In this document: in pieces, positions 11,691 to 23,678 of the stretch
How the letters are laid out: the number at the start of each line of letters is the position of its first letter
Position numbering within the stretch: the stretch's first letter is position 1
Assembly (NCBI RefSeq): GCF_004010195.1
Contig: NW_025214700.1
Location: 1-49,457 of the forward strand
Source of the DNA: Chiloscyllium plagiosum
Taxonomy: Eukaryota
DNA: 49,457 bases
Reading direction: 5' to 3'
The notes under the pieces: generated by a model
Told to the model about the DNA's origin: nothing
Seen by the model: only the letters and a program-made list of their open reading frames with translations
Database searches by the model: none
Program-made: the position numbers and the translations under genes

Positions 11691-13630
11691 ATATTGAACA
11701 TAGAACTTAGACCATTACAGCGCAGTACAGGCCCTTCGACCCTCGATGCTGCAGCGTCCTGAGAAACTAGTCTGAAGTCCATTTAAAATACACTATTCCA
11801 TGTTTATCCATGTCTATCCAATGACCATTTAAATAATCTTAAACTGGGCCAATCTCCTCCTGTTGCAGGCACACCATTCCACGCACCAAGTACACTCTGA
11901 GTAAAGAAACTACCTCTGACATCTGTCCGATATCTATCAAGCCTCAACTTAAAGCTATACCCACTCGTTATAACCATCGCCATTCGAGGAAAAAGGCTCT
12001 CATTTTCCAACCAATTGACACGTCTGATTATCCTGTACGTTCCAATTAAGTGATCTCACAACCTTCTTTAACCGAATGTAAACAGCCTCAAGTCCTTCGG
12101 CGTTTCATCTAACACCTTTCCTGCACATCAGGCAACATCTGGTAAATCTCCTCTGATACCTAACAAGGTTTCCACACCAATCCTATAAGGTGGTGACCAG
12201 AACTGTGTGCAATACTGCAAGTGCAGCTGCACCAGAGTTCGGTACACTTGCAGCATGACCTAATGGCTCCGAAACTCAGTATCACTAATAATAAAAGCTG
12301 ACATACTGCATGCCTTCTTAATAACCCTCTCAAACTGGGTGACGACTTGCAGGGATATATGATCATGGACATCAAAATCTCTCAGTTCATCGACACTACC
12401 AAGCATCTTACCGTTAATCCTGTACTCTGCACTCTTGTTTCTTCTTCCAAAGTGAGTCAGCTCACACTTTTCTGCATTAAACTGCATTTGCCAACTGTCA
12501 GCTCAGCTCTGCAGCGTATCTGTGTCGCCCTGCAACCTACAAACATCCTTTGGTATTGGCCACAAGTCTACCAACCTCGTGTCATCCACAAATTTACTAA
12601 TCGATCCTTATACGCCCTCATTCAGGTCATATATAAAAATGACAAACTGCAGTGGTCTCATAACAGATCGGTGCCGTGCACCACTAGGAACTGAACTCCA
12701 GGATGAACATTTCCCATCAACCACAATTGGCTGTCTTCGTTCAGTTATCCAATTTCTGATCAAAACTGCCAAATAACTAAATCTCGAAACTTCGCATTTT
12801 ATGCAATAACCTTCTGTGGGAAACCTTATCAAACGCCTTACTGAAATCCATAAATAACACATCAATTGATTTGTCCTCATACACCACTATGGCCACTTTC
12901 CCAAAGAACGCAATAAGGTTTGTGTGGCACGACCTACTCTTCACAAAACCGCGTTGACTATCGTTAATCACCTTGTTTTCTTTCTGGATGATGATAAATC
13001 CTATCTAAGAAACCTTTCCAACACTTTATCCACAGCCGAAATAAGCCTCACTGATCTGGAATGATCATGGTTGTCTCTACCCCCTTCTTGAAGAAGGGAA
13101 CAATATTTGGTATCCTCCAATCTTCTGGCGCCATTCCTGTCGACAATAACGATATAAAGATCAAAGCCAAAGCTCTACAACCACCTCCCTGGTTTTCCAG
13201 AGAATTTATTTTCACACAATCCAGAATTGCTCTTCATTTAGAATCTCAATCCCATCTCGTCAATGAGCGTGTATCTCAGTATTCTACTTGACAACATTTT
13301 TCCAGTGTGAATACTGACAAAGAATATTCATTTAGGAATTCATCTATCTCCTCTGACTCCACGCTTAACTTCCTAGTCCTTTCGTCGATTGGCCCTAATC
13401 TTACTATTGTCATTCTTTCATCCCTGATGTACCAAGGGAAAGCCTAACGGTTTTCTTTGATCCAAACAACTTGTCATGTCCCCTTTTCGCTCTTCTTCGC
13501 TCTCTCTTTCGGGATTCCATTGCTGACATTACCTCTTAAGTGCCTAACTGACCCTTCACGTCTTATTCTAACTTTAGCCTTCTCATTCCTCTTTCGTGAA
13601 CCACGGCTCCCTCGCTGTACAACGTCCTTC
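11691..13630 (-). mobile_element. CR1 LINE 3' half, tail-to-tail with the previous copy
   Basis: ORF fragments SQRGFVKSRSCHTNLI, MDFSKAFDKVSH, MQFNAEKCELTHFGR; tail 'gaacatagaac' at about 11696-11706. Confidence 0.92.
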
Positions 13631-14009
13631 TTTAAGTAATGTTCTTATGTAATAAAACAGTTGTCCTTTGATCAGGTGGTCTTATCAAACAAGACACCTC
13701 ACTCAATTTCACATCAATTTGATACGCAACACTACTGATTCGGGAAATTCTCAATTCCCACCTGGAATAACTCTAATTCTTTATCTACACGAGCAAAACG
13801 CAGGAACAAGAGAACCCTTTCAACTGCTCGACCTCCTCCCTCCAGTCAACAGGATGTTTTGGTGCTGAGCTGCACATGTCTGCACTCAGTCTTCATCTCT
13901 TCCTCAACGAGATAAAATACTCTCATATTTCAATCTGACAATTTATGGAGAATCTACGGGGGTTTGTGCAATTTTTTTCCAAATGTCGATAACCCTTTTT
14001 TCTGTTCGT

Positions 14010-14335
14010 TTGCATATTTGTTTGTGTGTGTTTATGTTCATGTGTGTCGGTGTTAGTATGAGTGAGTGCGTATATGCGGGTGAGACTATGTGTGTGTGTA
14101 CCATGCGCGGGGTGTCCTTGTTTGTGTGAGTGCGTGTGAGTGTCAGTGTGTGTGTGTACCTGTGCGTGTGTGAGTCACACTGAGTTCAAGAGTGAGAGTG
14201 TGTGAGTGTTTAAGAATGTGTTGCGTGTGTGTATGTGTATATCGGTGAGTGTCTGTGGGCGAGTGTGTAATTAAGAGAGAGTCTGAGTGAATGCGTCTAT
14301 GAGACAGAATATGTGTGTGCATGTGTGTGTGTGGC
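14010..14335. repeat. Degenerate (TG)n/(GAGT)n microsatellite
   Basis: Long interrupted tgtgtg/gagtgt tracts. Confidence 0.9.
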
Positions 14336-14689
14336 GGGGGGTGGTTGGAGGTAATCGCTCCCAGAATGGAATACGACCAAATTCGCAGGATATGCCCCAG
14401 TAGGAAACTGGAATGGAACGACTGTAATTCTCGGGCACTCTTTGTGACTGATCACGATGTTAAAGGGATAAAATTCCTTAAAACTTTCAGTTATTTGAAC
14501 GTTCAGTAGAGGAAAGCAGGAGGCGCGATTTGACCCACTGACTCTGTGCTTTTCTTAACTGAATTGCAAGATCACTTTCCCTCTCTCTCGCTGACGTAAA
14601 CATAGAGGTGATTTCGGAGGAAGTGAGGACTGCAGATGCTGGTCCTCAGAGATGAAGATTTTGGTGAATGCCGAGTCCGTGATACTCAC

Positions 14690-14767
14690 CCCACACAGAT
14701 CATAAATGGCCGGATTCTTGACGGCTTTTGTGACCACCTCCATATTTTCTCTGATAAAATCCACGCA
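14690..14767 (-). CDS. Saposin-like exon 5 (CVDFIRENMEVVTKAVKNPAIYDLCG)
   Basis: 78 nt, phase 0/0, donor gtgagt. The pyrimidine tract ends 'ctgacac' (AG changed to AC). Confidence 0.7.
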
Positions 14768-14829
14768 GTGTCAGAAGATGTTGGAAAGAGGGAAACATGT
14801 TCAGCTGATAACATGCAGATGTCTTTTGA

Positions 14830-15425
14830 ATGTTAGAATTCTACCAGCCTCCTCCACTTCCTTTGCCAGCTGATGACATGTACGCACCACCCTATGCATG
14901 AAAAAGTCACCCCACTCTTCTCATTTAATTCGCTTGACTCTAATCTTAAATTTACGCTCTCTAGTTTTGGTCCACCCAACCAACACAAACCACCTCAGTG
15001 GTTCACCTCATCTGTGCTCCTTCTGATTTACTACATCCGCTTGCACTCCAGTGAAATTAATCCTTGCCTGTCCAGCCGGTCATCAAAACATAAACACTGC
15101 AGTCTCGGTAACATGCTTGTAAATCTTTTCTTTCACTCTTCCACATTTAATGTTATCTTCTTGCAGCAGAGTGACCAGAACTGTTCACAGTTTTCGGAAA
15201 GTGACCTCACCAAATTCTTATGCAGATCTAACATAATATCTCATCTCCTGCACGCAATGCTCTGACCAATGAAGGAACGTGCATCAGAACCAATGTTCAA
15301 TTCCCTGTCTACCAGTGATGTCACTACAACTATCTACGTACCTACACCCCTTTGGTCCCTCTGTTCACCTGCACTCCACAGACTCTACCATAGACTGTGT
15401 AAGTCCGCACTGGTTTGTGCTCCCA
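14830..15425 (-). mobile_element. CR1 LINE 3' fragment within the saposin-gene intron
   Basis: 'gtgaccagaactgttcacag', 'ggtaacatgcttgtaaatc' match the reverse-strand CR1 3' ends at 12100-12300 and 29680-29830. Confidence 0.8.
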
Positions 15426-15622
15426 GCTTCTAAAGTCCCATTCTATTTAACTATTGCTCATAAAGCAATCCCTCCCTACTTGGGGACCATCCTGTTGTAC
15501 CTTCTGTGAAAGTTCTCCAACGAAATGATGTATTTCCTAAACATAAGGGAGACCGAACCTGCTCACGATGCTCCCGTCGTGGTTTTCCCATTATGTTCCT
15601 TTGCAATCTCATTGGAACTCAC

Positions 15623-15756
15623 CATCAAATTGGATTCAGGAGCGAGCGAGTTGCAGACTTCCTGCTGCAGTGTTGCCATGTCCATACCATCCCTCCATTG
15701 CGACTGGAGCTTCGTGGAGATTTCCACACACTGGAAACAGGACATTGTAGACACAA
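15623..15756 (-). CDS. Saposin-like exon 4 (CFQC...EVCNSL)
   Basis: 134 nt, acceptor 'tttctctgcaatccag', donor gtgagt, phase 1/0, open frame with CxxC and the third Cys. Confidence 0.75.
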
Positions 15757-16036
15757 CTGGATTGCAGAGAAATTGGAAAGGTTATGATTGAATAGGGAAT
15801 GCTTCCGACAAGTAATCAACACACAAATTCTCATGTTTTAGTTGAGGGCTGGGTAGTAGGGACGGGTAGTGAGGACAGATTAGCTAGCACCAATAGTGCT
15901 TCTGACACTCTGTGTTTGGAGGAGTGCGCGCAATTACAAAACACGTGGAGACGAGAACATGGTATTGTCCGAGGATCTCAGCAGATCTGAAAGCATCTGT
16001 GGAGTCAGAGAAGGCAAGATAAAGTTTTCGACTCCG

Positions 16037-16064
16037 CTGTATCTTTTTCAGAGCATGTTCCATC
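16037..16064 (-). CDS. Saposin-like exon 3 (DGTCSEKDT), pro-region
   Basis: Strong acceptor 'tttttctctccag'; 28 nt, phase 0/1; donor degenerate (cggagt). Confidence 0.45.
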
Positions 16065-16637
16065 CTGGAGAGAAAAATCAAATCATTTTACAAATATATC
16101 TGAACAATCTTCCATGTGGACTTGCGTCAAATCGCGTTGGCCGTGACTGGTTAATCAGTTTCACCTGATAGGGGTGATCGCCAGAGAATTTGGATTGGGA
16201 AGGGCGATTCGGAGCACAGAGGACTTTCATAAATATTTCAGAATAACTTATAACTTTTCAGTCTCTCTCTCTATCTCTTTCTGTCTCGCTAAATGTAAAG
16301 GACGTTTCAGAAGTAGAGGAATCGCAGTTTGTTTATTATTAACTGCAGGCAATTGAGTTGGAAGATCAAGACGGAATGATCAGTCCAGGATTAGGCAGAG
16401 ATGTAATATCATTCCACTCCATCAACATCTCGCTAATCGCAATTATGGTGCTTTTCAATGTGGGACGTTCAGACAAGAATGGGCAAGAATGTTTGGGGCC
16501 ATTTGAACTAATGTGTTTGTTGCCTATCTTGCACAGGAACGCATTTGGCCACAAGGAGGGCGTTGTGCCTGCCCAGAGCTGAACAGTTTCGTTTCTGAAA
16601 AATACGTCCAGAGAGAGTGTTTAGGCCATCATGTTAC

Positions 16638-16654
16638 TTTGCTTTGCTTAGACA
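16638..16654 (-). CDS. Saposin-like micro-exon 2 (VSKQSK)
   Basis: Acceptor 'tttttgtttccaacag', donor gtaaca, 17 nt, phase 1/0; bridges exons 1 and 3. Confidence 0.4.
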
Positions 16655-16916
16655 CTGTTGGAAACAAAAACGCGGCATAAGCGGCTATATGGGCTCTTCC
16701 AGATCTGGAATCGGGATAAACAGCTGGGACAGTTCACATACACCCTTCTATCGACTGAAATACAAGCGTCTTTGTCACTTCTGATAGCATTGTCGACAGA
16801 ATGGGCACGTTTTCAGATCAGTGACGTATGTGTCAGTTCTGAACAGTTAACTCTGCTTTCTGTCCCTGCAGATGATAAGAGCCTGGCTGGCTTTATGACG
16901 CAGTCTGGCTGTTATT

Positions 16917-17187
16917 GATTTCCAACAGAGTAAATAGAGCCGATTTGGTCCGTCACATCTGCACTGCCACTTCGAAGGGCATCCCACCATTTCCCTGTAA
17001 CCTTGTATTTCCGGCCAACCCACATAATCTGTGAATTTTTCGACTGTTGGAGGAAACCGGAACACCTGAGGAAACCCACGCAGACACGGGGGAGAATGCA
17101 GAAAACTCACGCAATCCATCCCCGATGGTGCAATTGAGACAGGTCCCTGGCGTTGTGAGGTAGCAGTGCTAACCACTCTGCCCGCCT
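16917..17187 (-). mobile_element. HE1-like SINE
   Basis: 'ggaggaaaccggaacacctgaggaaacccacgcagacacgggggagaatg' and 'agcagtgctaaccact' are the reverse of the SINE core and A box. Confidence 0.9.
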
Positions 17188-17691
17188 GCGTTGACGACCT
17201 TCAGCATCTGCATTATATCCCCTCTTGTGCCACACAGGACTCGGTATTGGAGTGGACCTCACGCCCTCTCCCATTCTAATCAGCCCTCTGATCATTCACT
17301 CTCTCGAGGTAAGGGCGAGCCTGTCGATAGCCCCGGTTAAATCGATGAGTTCTAATGAAAGCTCGCTTTGATTGCTTTCTGTTTCCCCATGTAACCGAAT
17401 GCTTTTCATCGTTTTCCGGGCTAAAGCAGAATCTCGTATTATACAAATGCAGACAGCTTAGCATCATGTAATACCGTTAAAATAATGCGGCATTCCCATC
17501 GGAGTCACTGAGCAGCGAACATTTCAGGTTAGATTCTGAGCAGCAAAAGAACAGTGAATTCGCATCAGCATCAATACAAAGGTAAGTGACAAATGTTGAT
17601 TGTCACGGTGTTTCCTGGACTCCTTCAGAAGCCCTTTCTACCCTGCCAACGTACTAAAGAGGAGAGTTTTAAAAAGTGGTTAGCATCTTAC

Positions 17692-17734
17692 CAGGAGAAA
17701 AGCAGAAGAGAACGAGGAACAGCAAGACAGTCAT
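17692..17734 (-). CDS. Saposin-like exon 1, signal peptide MTVLLFLVLFCFSP
   Basis: ATG plus hydrophobic run, 43 nt, phase-1 donor gtaaga; typical signal-peptide exon. Confidence 0.65.
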
Positions 17735-17793
17735 CGCTGTTTTCTGACTTTCGAACTCACATGCAGTCCTGTTGGTATACATCAGGAAATCAC

Positions 17794-17812
17794 CCTGAGC
17801 TCAGGTTTTATG
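17794..17812 (-). promoter_or_regulatory. Possible TATA-like box (CATAAAA) with adjacent palindrome CCTGAGCTCAGG
   Basis: About 72-78 nt upstream of the signal-peptide ATG; motif only. Confidence 0.25.
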
Positions 17813-19031
17813 GTGGAATGACAGAATAGTGAGCACAGCAAAACATGTAAGGTAGCCGATAGGAGCCCCTTCTTGTGACCAAGACATCCATCCCTTTCTC
17901 CGACAGATTTATCTCTGTTGTCCGGTGTGAGAACACATTGCCAAGTTTCCCTTACTGCTTGGAAATTAAACATCAACGCGATGACAGCGCCACAAGAGAG
18001 TTAGTGATTTGCACCCTTCTAAATGGTGACGATTTCGCAGTTTGTCTGATTGTTACTGGTGTCTGCTTTCCTGGAAGGGTCCTGCTTAACGATTCGGGCC
18101 AGTGTTTTGGGTGGGGGTGTGGGGGGTGAAGCCCACTCAATGATTCCATCCCGAATGCATGCTTTGCTACAGAAGCTGAGTTCTCTCACACCTTGAAGAA
18201 AGGAATCCTTGTTGGGGCCGAGGAGGGAGCATGGAGGTAAATAGGTACACACTCTGATAGAAAATGTTTGTCTTTATTCCCCATTGGACAGTAACATTCA
18301 AGGGGGCAGCGCTACGACCCTCTGATTCACAAACCCTTAAAGTACAAACCGCAGAGTTGAAATGAGAACAAATAAACAGAAAGAGGTGATACAGAGAGCA
18401 TGCTGGTGTACCCAGAAAAACAACTATCGGATTGCAGTGCTACGCTTGCGCTACACTAATAAGGGAATCATCTTCCAGGCAAGACTTTCACAGATGTGCC
18501 GATGTAAATACTCGAAGAGAGGAAGATAGAATCAGAATTACCGTTTAGATATTGTGTAAATTTCATGCAGGGGAGTACTCAGTGCTAAAAAAAAAATCAG
18601 TCAACAGTGCTATACAGAAGTTCACTCGCGGATTTGAAGACAGAGAGGTGACTGACTCCTAGAACTGACTGTTCCTGCCATGGGTGACTGGCCCTGACTT
18701 TTGTTTGGAAAGCTGGCACATTGAAGGAAACACCATGTACCCAAACATGGGGAAGGATTCGATCAGATGGAGAGCGAAAATAATTTGCTCTGAAGGAGAA
18801 ACCCCCTGCACAATTTGGTACTTCTCTCTCAGATTTTCCAAACTTTCCCCAGCCATTTCCCGACTTTAAACTCAGAAGTAAGAAATGCCTGATCAGTGAT
18901 AGCCCTAATTCCTGCTGGGTACTCTATTTGATGATTGAATTAGATTTGCTAAGTTCATCGGACAGTTTTACGTATTGACAACACACTAAAACCAATGAAA
19001 GTGAAATGCTTTCTATTTGCAAACAGCGAAG

Positions 19032-19070
19032 ATGTTCTGAAGAAAAATCGAAATGTTCTGAAGAAAAATC
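19032..19070 (+). repeat. Local tandem duplication (atgttctgaagaaaaatc x2, period 21)
   Basis: Exact 18-nt direct repeat. Confidence 0.9.
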
Positions 19071-19589
19071 TCTTCTTCTTTCAAACATCCTCCCTCCCCA
19101 TCCCCGGCAAGGTCGATGCCTCGTTTGCTAAGTTTGTTTTTTTCCATTGTTGCTAGGTTACCCGTACAATAGACTGAGTCCATTTCCGGAACAGAATATC
19201 AAACTGCAATGAAGTTGATGTTTGGTCTGATAATCTCAAAACATGACAACCGAATTAGCAGTAAGGAATGTACTTTGCCTTTTGAAATCGCAGCTCTGTA
19301 AGTCGCAGATGTCCAACACAAAAGGACAAGCTGGCTACAAATTTTGTGTTCAGCAAAATGATGGCGGGAAACTCAGGAAAGCTCCAACGTGCTCCAATTT
19401 TCTTGAACAAAGAGAAGAGCAGAACAAGCATTACTAACAACATGCCCAGTAGGAACCTTATTGTGTTTCTTTCACTTTCTGTTAACCCATGGGAAAAGTC
19501 AGCCTGTGGGTCTCACTGTCAAAGAAAGTGATTGAATTTGAAACTTTCCACATTGTTGTGTAGATACAATACATAGACATAGAAGACCA

Positions 19590-20335
19590 ATTGAGATGGT
19601 GGTTAAAAGGGGATGGGCTTATCAGCATGAACGTCACGAATGGCGGAACAGGTTCGAGAGGCTGAATGATAGAAGGAGCTTAATTTGCATAAATGAAATG
19701 TGTAGTATTTTGGTAAAACAACTGAGGGCAGGACTTATACAACTAAAATTAGGGCATTGGGCAATGTTAGAGAACAGAGATATAAGGGGTACGGGTGCAC
19801 AATTCTTCCTGGAGAAATGTGTGAATTACCGATCAGTCTCCCTTGGCGAGGTCTGATTGAGGTCGAGAGGGTTCCGAAGAAGTTCACGAGGAGGTTGCTG
19901 GAAATGAAGTGTTTGACTAATAAAGAGAGCCCGGAATCTTTTTCACCTGAGCCTGGGAAGTAGAGAGGTGACCTTTTCTAGTTTTAATAACCTTAAGAGG
20001 CACTAATAAGATAAATGGAATGCAACCTTTCCTCACAGTGGGTGATTAGAAATAAAAGCGTTTTTTAAATTTGATTAGAGCTAATTTTCAGGAAAAACCT
20101 CAGGTGTATTCTTCTTAAACAGTAAGAGGTTCATTTTTGAAGTGAACTTCTAAACGAATTAATGGATATCGGTGCAGCTACAAAGTTTAGAAGACATTTG
20201 GATTGGAGCATGAACAGAGTTTCGGCAGATTCTGTACAGGAGGAGGCGGGTGGGAATAAATTAGTGTGAGATTATGTTTGTAATGGAATGATTGTACACA
20301 AGTGTCTGTTTCTGTGCTGTATGACTCTACGCCTC
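19590..20335 (+). mobile_element. CR1 LINE 3' end, internally deleted
   Basis: 'gagagggttccgaagaagttcacgaggaggttgctgg' (ERVQxRFTR), 3' 'ctgtttctgtgctgtatgactcta'. Confidence 0.8.
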
Positions 20336-20459
20336 AAATAGTTTTTGAGAGGACATTGAAAGAAAAGACAAAAAGAGAACCTTGTCTGAATTGACGTTTT
20401 CACGCTAGGGTGTCGTTTTGTTTCTTTTGACTGTCGCTAGAGTTATGTTGAAGAGAAAC

Positions 20460-21330
20460 TGGCAATATACACTTATTTAGAATTGTTTTGGATACTGTTG
20501 CGGGGACAACTTATCAGAGGTAATCCATTGGAGTACGGTTCTCTGGCACAGAGTCTGTCCATATTGGTCAGAAAGTAAGGGGTGTGGGGGAGTTGAGCAG
20601 AGCATTGGTCACTGGGGACTCCATAGCTGGGGGACAGATAGAAGATTCTTAGAAAAGAGAGAGTCTAAAAGTGGATGTGTTTCCTGCCAGGTGCCGCGGT
20701 TCGGGATGTCTCAGATCATGTTTTCGGAAACCTTAACGGAGATGGGAGTAATTCAAAATCTTGTTCCACGTAGTCACCGCCGACTTAGGTTGGAAAAGGG
20801 ATGGTGATTTAAGGCAGAGATTCAGGGACCTAATGTGAAAGTTAAAACTAGAACAAAGAGAGTTGCTTTCTCTGGTTTGAAACACGTGTCACGTGCTAGC
20901 AAGGCGAGGCAGACAGACAAGGGAGAGAGACGAGTTAAACGCGTGTCTGCAGGGATTGTGGATGAAGGAAGGATTCGGATACTTGAATATTTGTGTCTCA
21001 TTCTAGGTTAGGTAGATCCAGTGAAAACGGCATTGTTTGCACCTGAAGCAGGGGTAACCAATATGCTGGGGGAAGCGGTTGGTATTTGCGAATGCTCTTT
21101 GGAAGGGTTGAAACTCATTCAGCAGGGCGATGGGAAGCTGAATTGTAGCTCCAGTGTACAGGAGATCGAGGAAAATGAGTTCATAAATATGGTTACAAGG
21201 TCACATGAATTTCACGGGCTGGAGGAAGGTGGTATGAAATGTGTCAATTTCAACACCAGGAGCATCGACAATAAGACGGAGAACAAGCAGCATGGGTTTT
21301 CGATATTGTGGCCATTTCAAATATGTGGAT
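20460..21330 (+). mobile_element. CR1 LINE ORF1 (SGNH esterase) and start of ORF2 endonuclease
   Basis: ALVTGDSI, DRRF, CFLPGAAVRDVSD, LKCVNFNTRSI-like; homologous to 36330-37170. Confidence 0.85.
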
Positions 21331-23574
21331 TGAACCGGGAGAGTCATGAATGTTGCAGGCGCCGAGGGCAATGGCAAAATGAGTGAGAAATGCTGTCGTG
21401 ATCCAATTGCACCGAATAGGAGAAGGAATTTCCAAGCTTCTGTACCAAAAAGCAGGAGAATATGAGACAAACCGATGTTTTGATAAAGGACGTCTCAAAG
21501 CGGCAACATGATATTCCGATGGAATGAAGGATGGGTGGAGAGCCAATATTCCATGGTCATGCAGCAAATTGTTACCAGCAATATGGGTGCAAAGCAGAGA
21601 TATGAGGCGAAAGAGGCGGCGTGAAAGTGAGAAAGTGCGGAGTGGGTGCGTTTCAGATTCCGAGCACCTGTTGTGGCGGAGGTGGGGGCAGTCCAGACTG
21701 GAGTCGGCACAGCTGGGCAGGGCCTGAGAACCTTGGCGTGGGAGACGGTGGCTTATTCACTCAGGCAAATACAATGACTGTTCAGTTAAAATGGCAGGAT
21801 GGGGTTGTTTTTGGAACATTGTTACGTTGGCCCTGAGAAAAGAGAATGGACAGGAACTCGGAGAAAGCTGGTCATTTCACTTTATAAAATGCTGGGAGCA
21901 GCTCTGAGGAGTTCCGACTTGTAATTGTTTTGTTTCAATGTGGACTGTGATTAGCAATGCCGATTGAAAATGTGAGTACAGCAGCTCTCTGCTGTTTAGT
22001 CAGAGTTTGGCTCTTGACCTGGAGAAAATGAGGCCGTGACATTCGGTCTCTGTCCAGTTGGAGTTCAAAAGATGGGAAACATTGCTCCGAATTTGTTCTT
22101 GTGTGAGGCTGTTTGGTGGAGCAGTGCAGCTTGCCTCAGCTGCTGTGGTTTGGATACGCCTGTTGACATTCACACTGTAACGGCACTCAGCGTGAGTAGT
22201 CTCGTAAGCCACTGTAGGAATGAACGTCTCTCACTCAACGGTGAGTCGTTCATATGAGGAACAACAACTTGAAGATGGTGTCGAACAGAATCGTTGGCTG
22301 ATATTTCGAAGACCCATATTCATTTGCGAAGTGTTATGTTGAGAAAAGTGTACTCAGCGTGTGAATTACATCTCTGAACACCAATGAGCTCCAGAGGACA
22401 AGGGAATTAATTTTTAAGCGAAATATCCCTGCGTGAATTCATATTGGCATCGATTAGATCAAATTCCATCAGAAAACAACACCCACTCCCTCCGCCCCAC
22501 GCCCCGCCTTCCAAACCTATCTGTTCGGAAATCTGCCATTTTGTTCCCGATGTGGAACGGGCAAACTTGTGGTCATCCTATCAAGTGTTACTGTATTGAC
22601 AATGCCTGTTCAAGAGCAAAAATAAAAAGCAAACTTTAAAAAGACAGAGCCTCGACCAACCTCAGAATGACTTTGGAATCACCAACTCTTTGTCAGAAAC
22701 AGTAACGTAGCTTTTTAGACATCCTTTGCCAAACTGTTTTTGCCAGAATGGTGCTGAAATGTCTGCTTCCGAAATAGTGGTTAAACAGAACTGAGCACCT
22801 TAATCTGTTTTTTTTTTGTTGTTGTTACATTAAACTAAAACACCAAAAGTGGGTGGAGTCAGGCTCACCAAGATCCAGGGCTTTAGTTTTACCTTCAGTT
22901 TAAGTTGGGGTGGTATTTGGAGAGAGGTTGAAGCTGATAGGCACAGATCTGTCCCCTCTCTTAAAAAGAACTTGCCTAATCTATGTGCTGCGAGAGCGTT
23001 ACTTTTTTTCCGGTTTTCTTTTCTCCATACTTGGAGGTAACAGATGTTTATAAAAAGATCAGTGTTTGTGAGAACCAAAAAACAGACAATGTCGGAAAAA
23101 CACAACAGGGTTGGTAGCACCTCCAGAGTGAAAACAAGGTTCATGTATTTTTGGGAATTTGCTACAGTGAACAGTTGATGATTAATCAATGCATTCGTTT
23201 GTTTAGCCTTTAAATTAAATGAAATTGATGCCAATTCTGTGTTGTGTTTTGTCTGTTAACTGTTTTCAAGGGAGAAATGGCACTTTGCATGTGTCTTTAA
23301 CTCAACAAAAGTTAGGATCTGGGCTATGTTCTCGATCTGTTTTGCAGAGATTTGGTCCAGTTCTGAACATTTGCCGCAGCTTTAACTGGACGACAATCCT
23401 GGTGTTGCAATTTAACTAAATATGCATGAGACACAAGGTTCAAAATCTGAGTTAGAAACTGCAGGAAGAGAAAGGAATCGGTCTGGCTCCTTGAGTGAGT
23501 TCTCTACATATGACAAAAAAAGTAACATTTTTAAATGAATTTTTTTTTAAATTTTGTGTCCGCTCCGTGAAATA

Positions 23575-23678
23575 TACAAAAGAAAAACCATAAGCTGCTC
23601 GAGAAACCCGTCAAGTCTGGCAGCATCTGTGTAGAAAGCAGAGGTCAGTTTCGAGTCCAGGGACTCTTCATCAGAACT
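23575..23678 (-). mobile_element. Penelope 3' pseudo-LTR fragment
   Basis: Reverse reads 'ttctgatgaagagtccctggactcgaaac...cacagatgctgccagacttg'. Confidence 0.75.
23644..23677 (-). ncRNA. Hammerhead ribozyme motif, damaged at the cleavage arm
   Basis: CUGAUGA-A-GAGUC-CCUG-GACUC-GAAAC; the expected palindromic ACGU/NUH is eroded (GAAACUGAC). Confidence 0.5.

Larger units (their letters stand above)
14690..17734 (-). pseudogene. Multi-exon saposin-like protein (SAPLIP; saposin B / NK-lysin-type fold) gene, probably pseudogenised
   Basis: Five phase-compatible exons splice to MTVLLFLVLFCFSPV-SKQSK-DGTCSEKDTV-VSTMSCFQCVEISTKLQSQWRDGMDMATLQQEVCNSLAPESNLM-CVDFIRENMEVVTKAVKNPAIYDLCG. Cys spacing C-x2-C-x24-C-x10-C-x23-C matches the saposin fold. 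Exon 3 donor (cggagt) and exon 5 acceptor (ac) are non-canonical. Confidence 0.7.

Noticed and set aside
17478..17537. Alternative saposin exon 2 (ESNLKCSLL..) after acceptor 'ttttgctgctcag'
   Set aside because: Runs into a stop with no convincing donor and lacks CxxC.
19032..19070. CTGAAGA...GAAA resembling a hammerhead core, or a CRISPR-like repeat
   Set aside because: No stem II or stem I; only a two-copy local duplication in eukaryotic DNA.
15500..19500. Possible endogenous viral element in the non-repeat block
   Set aside because: No long ORF or viral motif; better explained as introns, exons and upstream DNA of the saposin-like gene.
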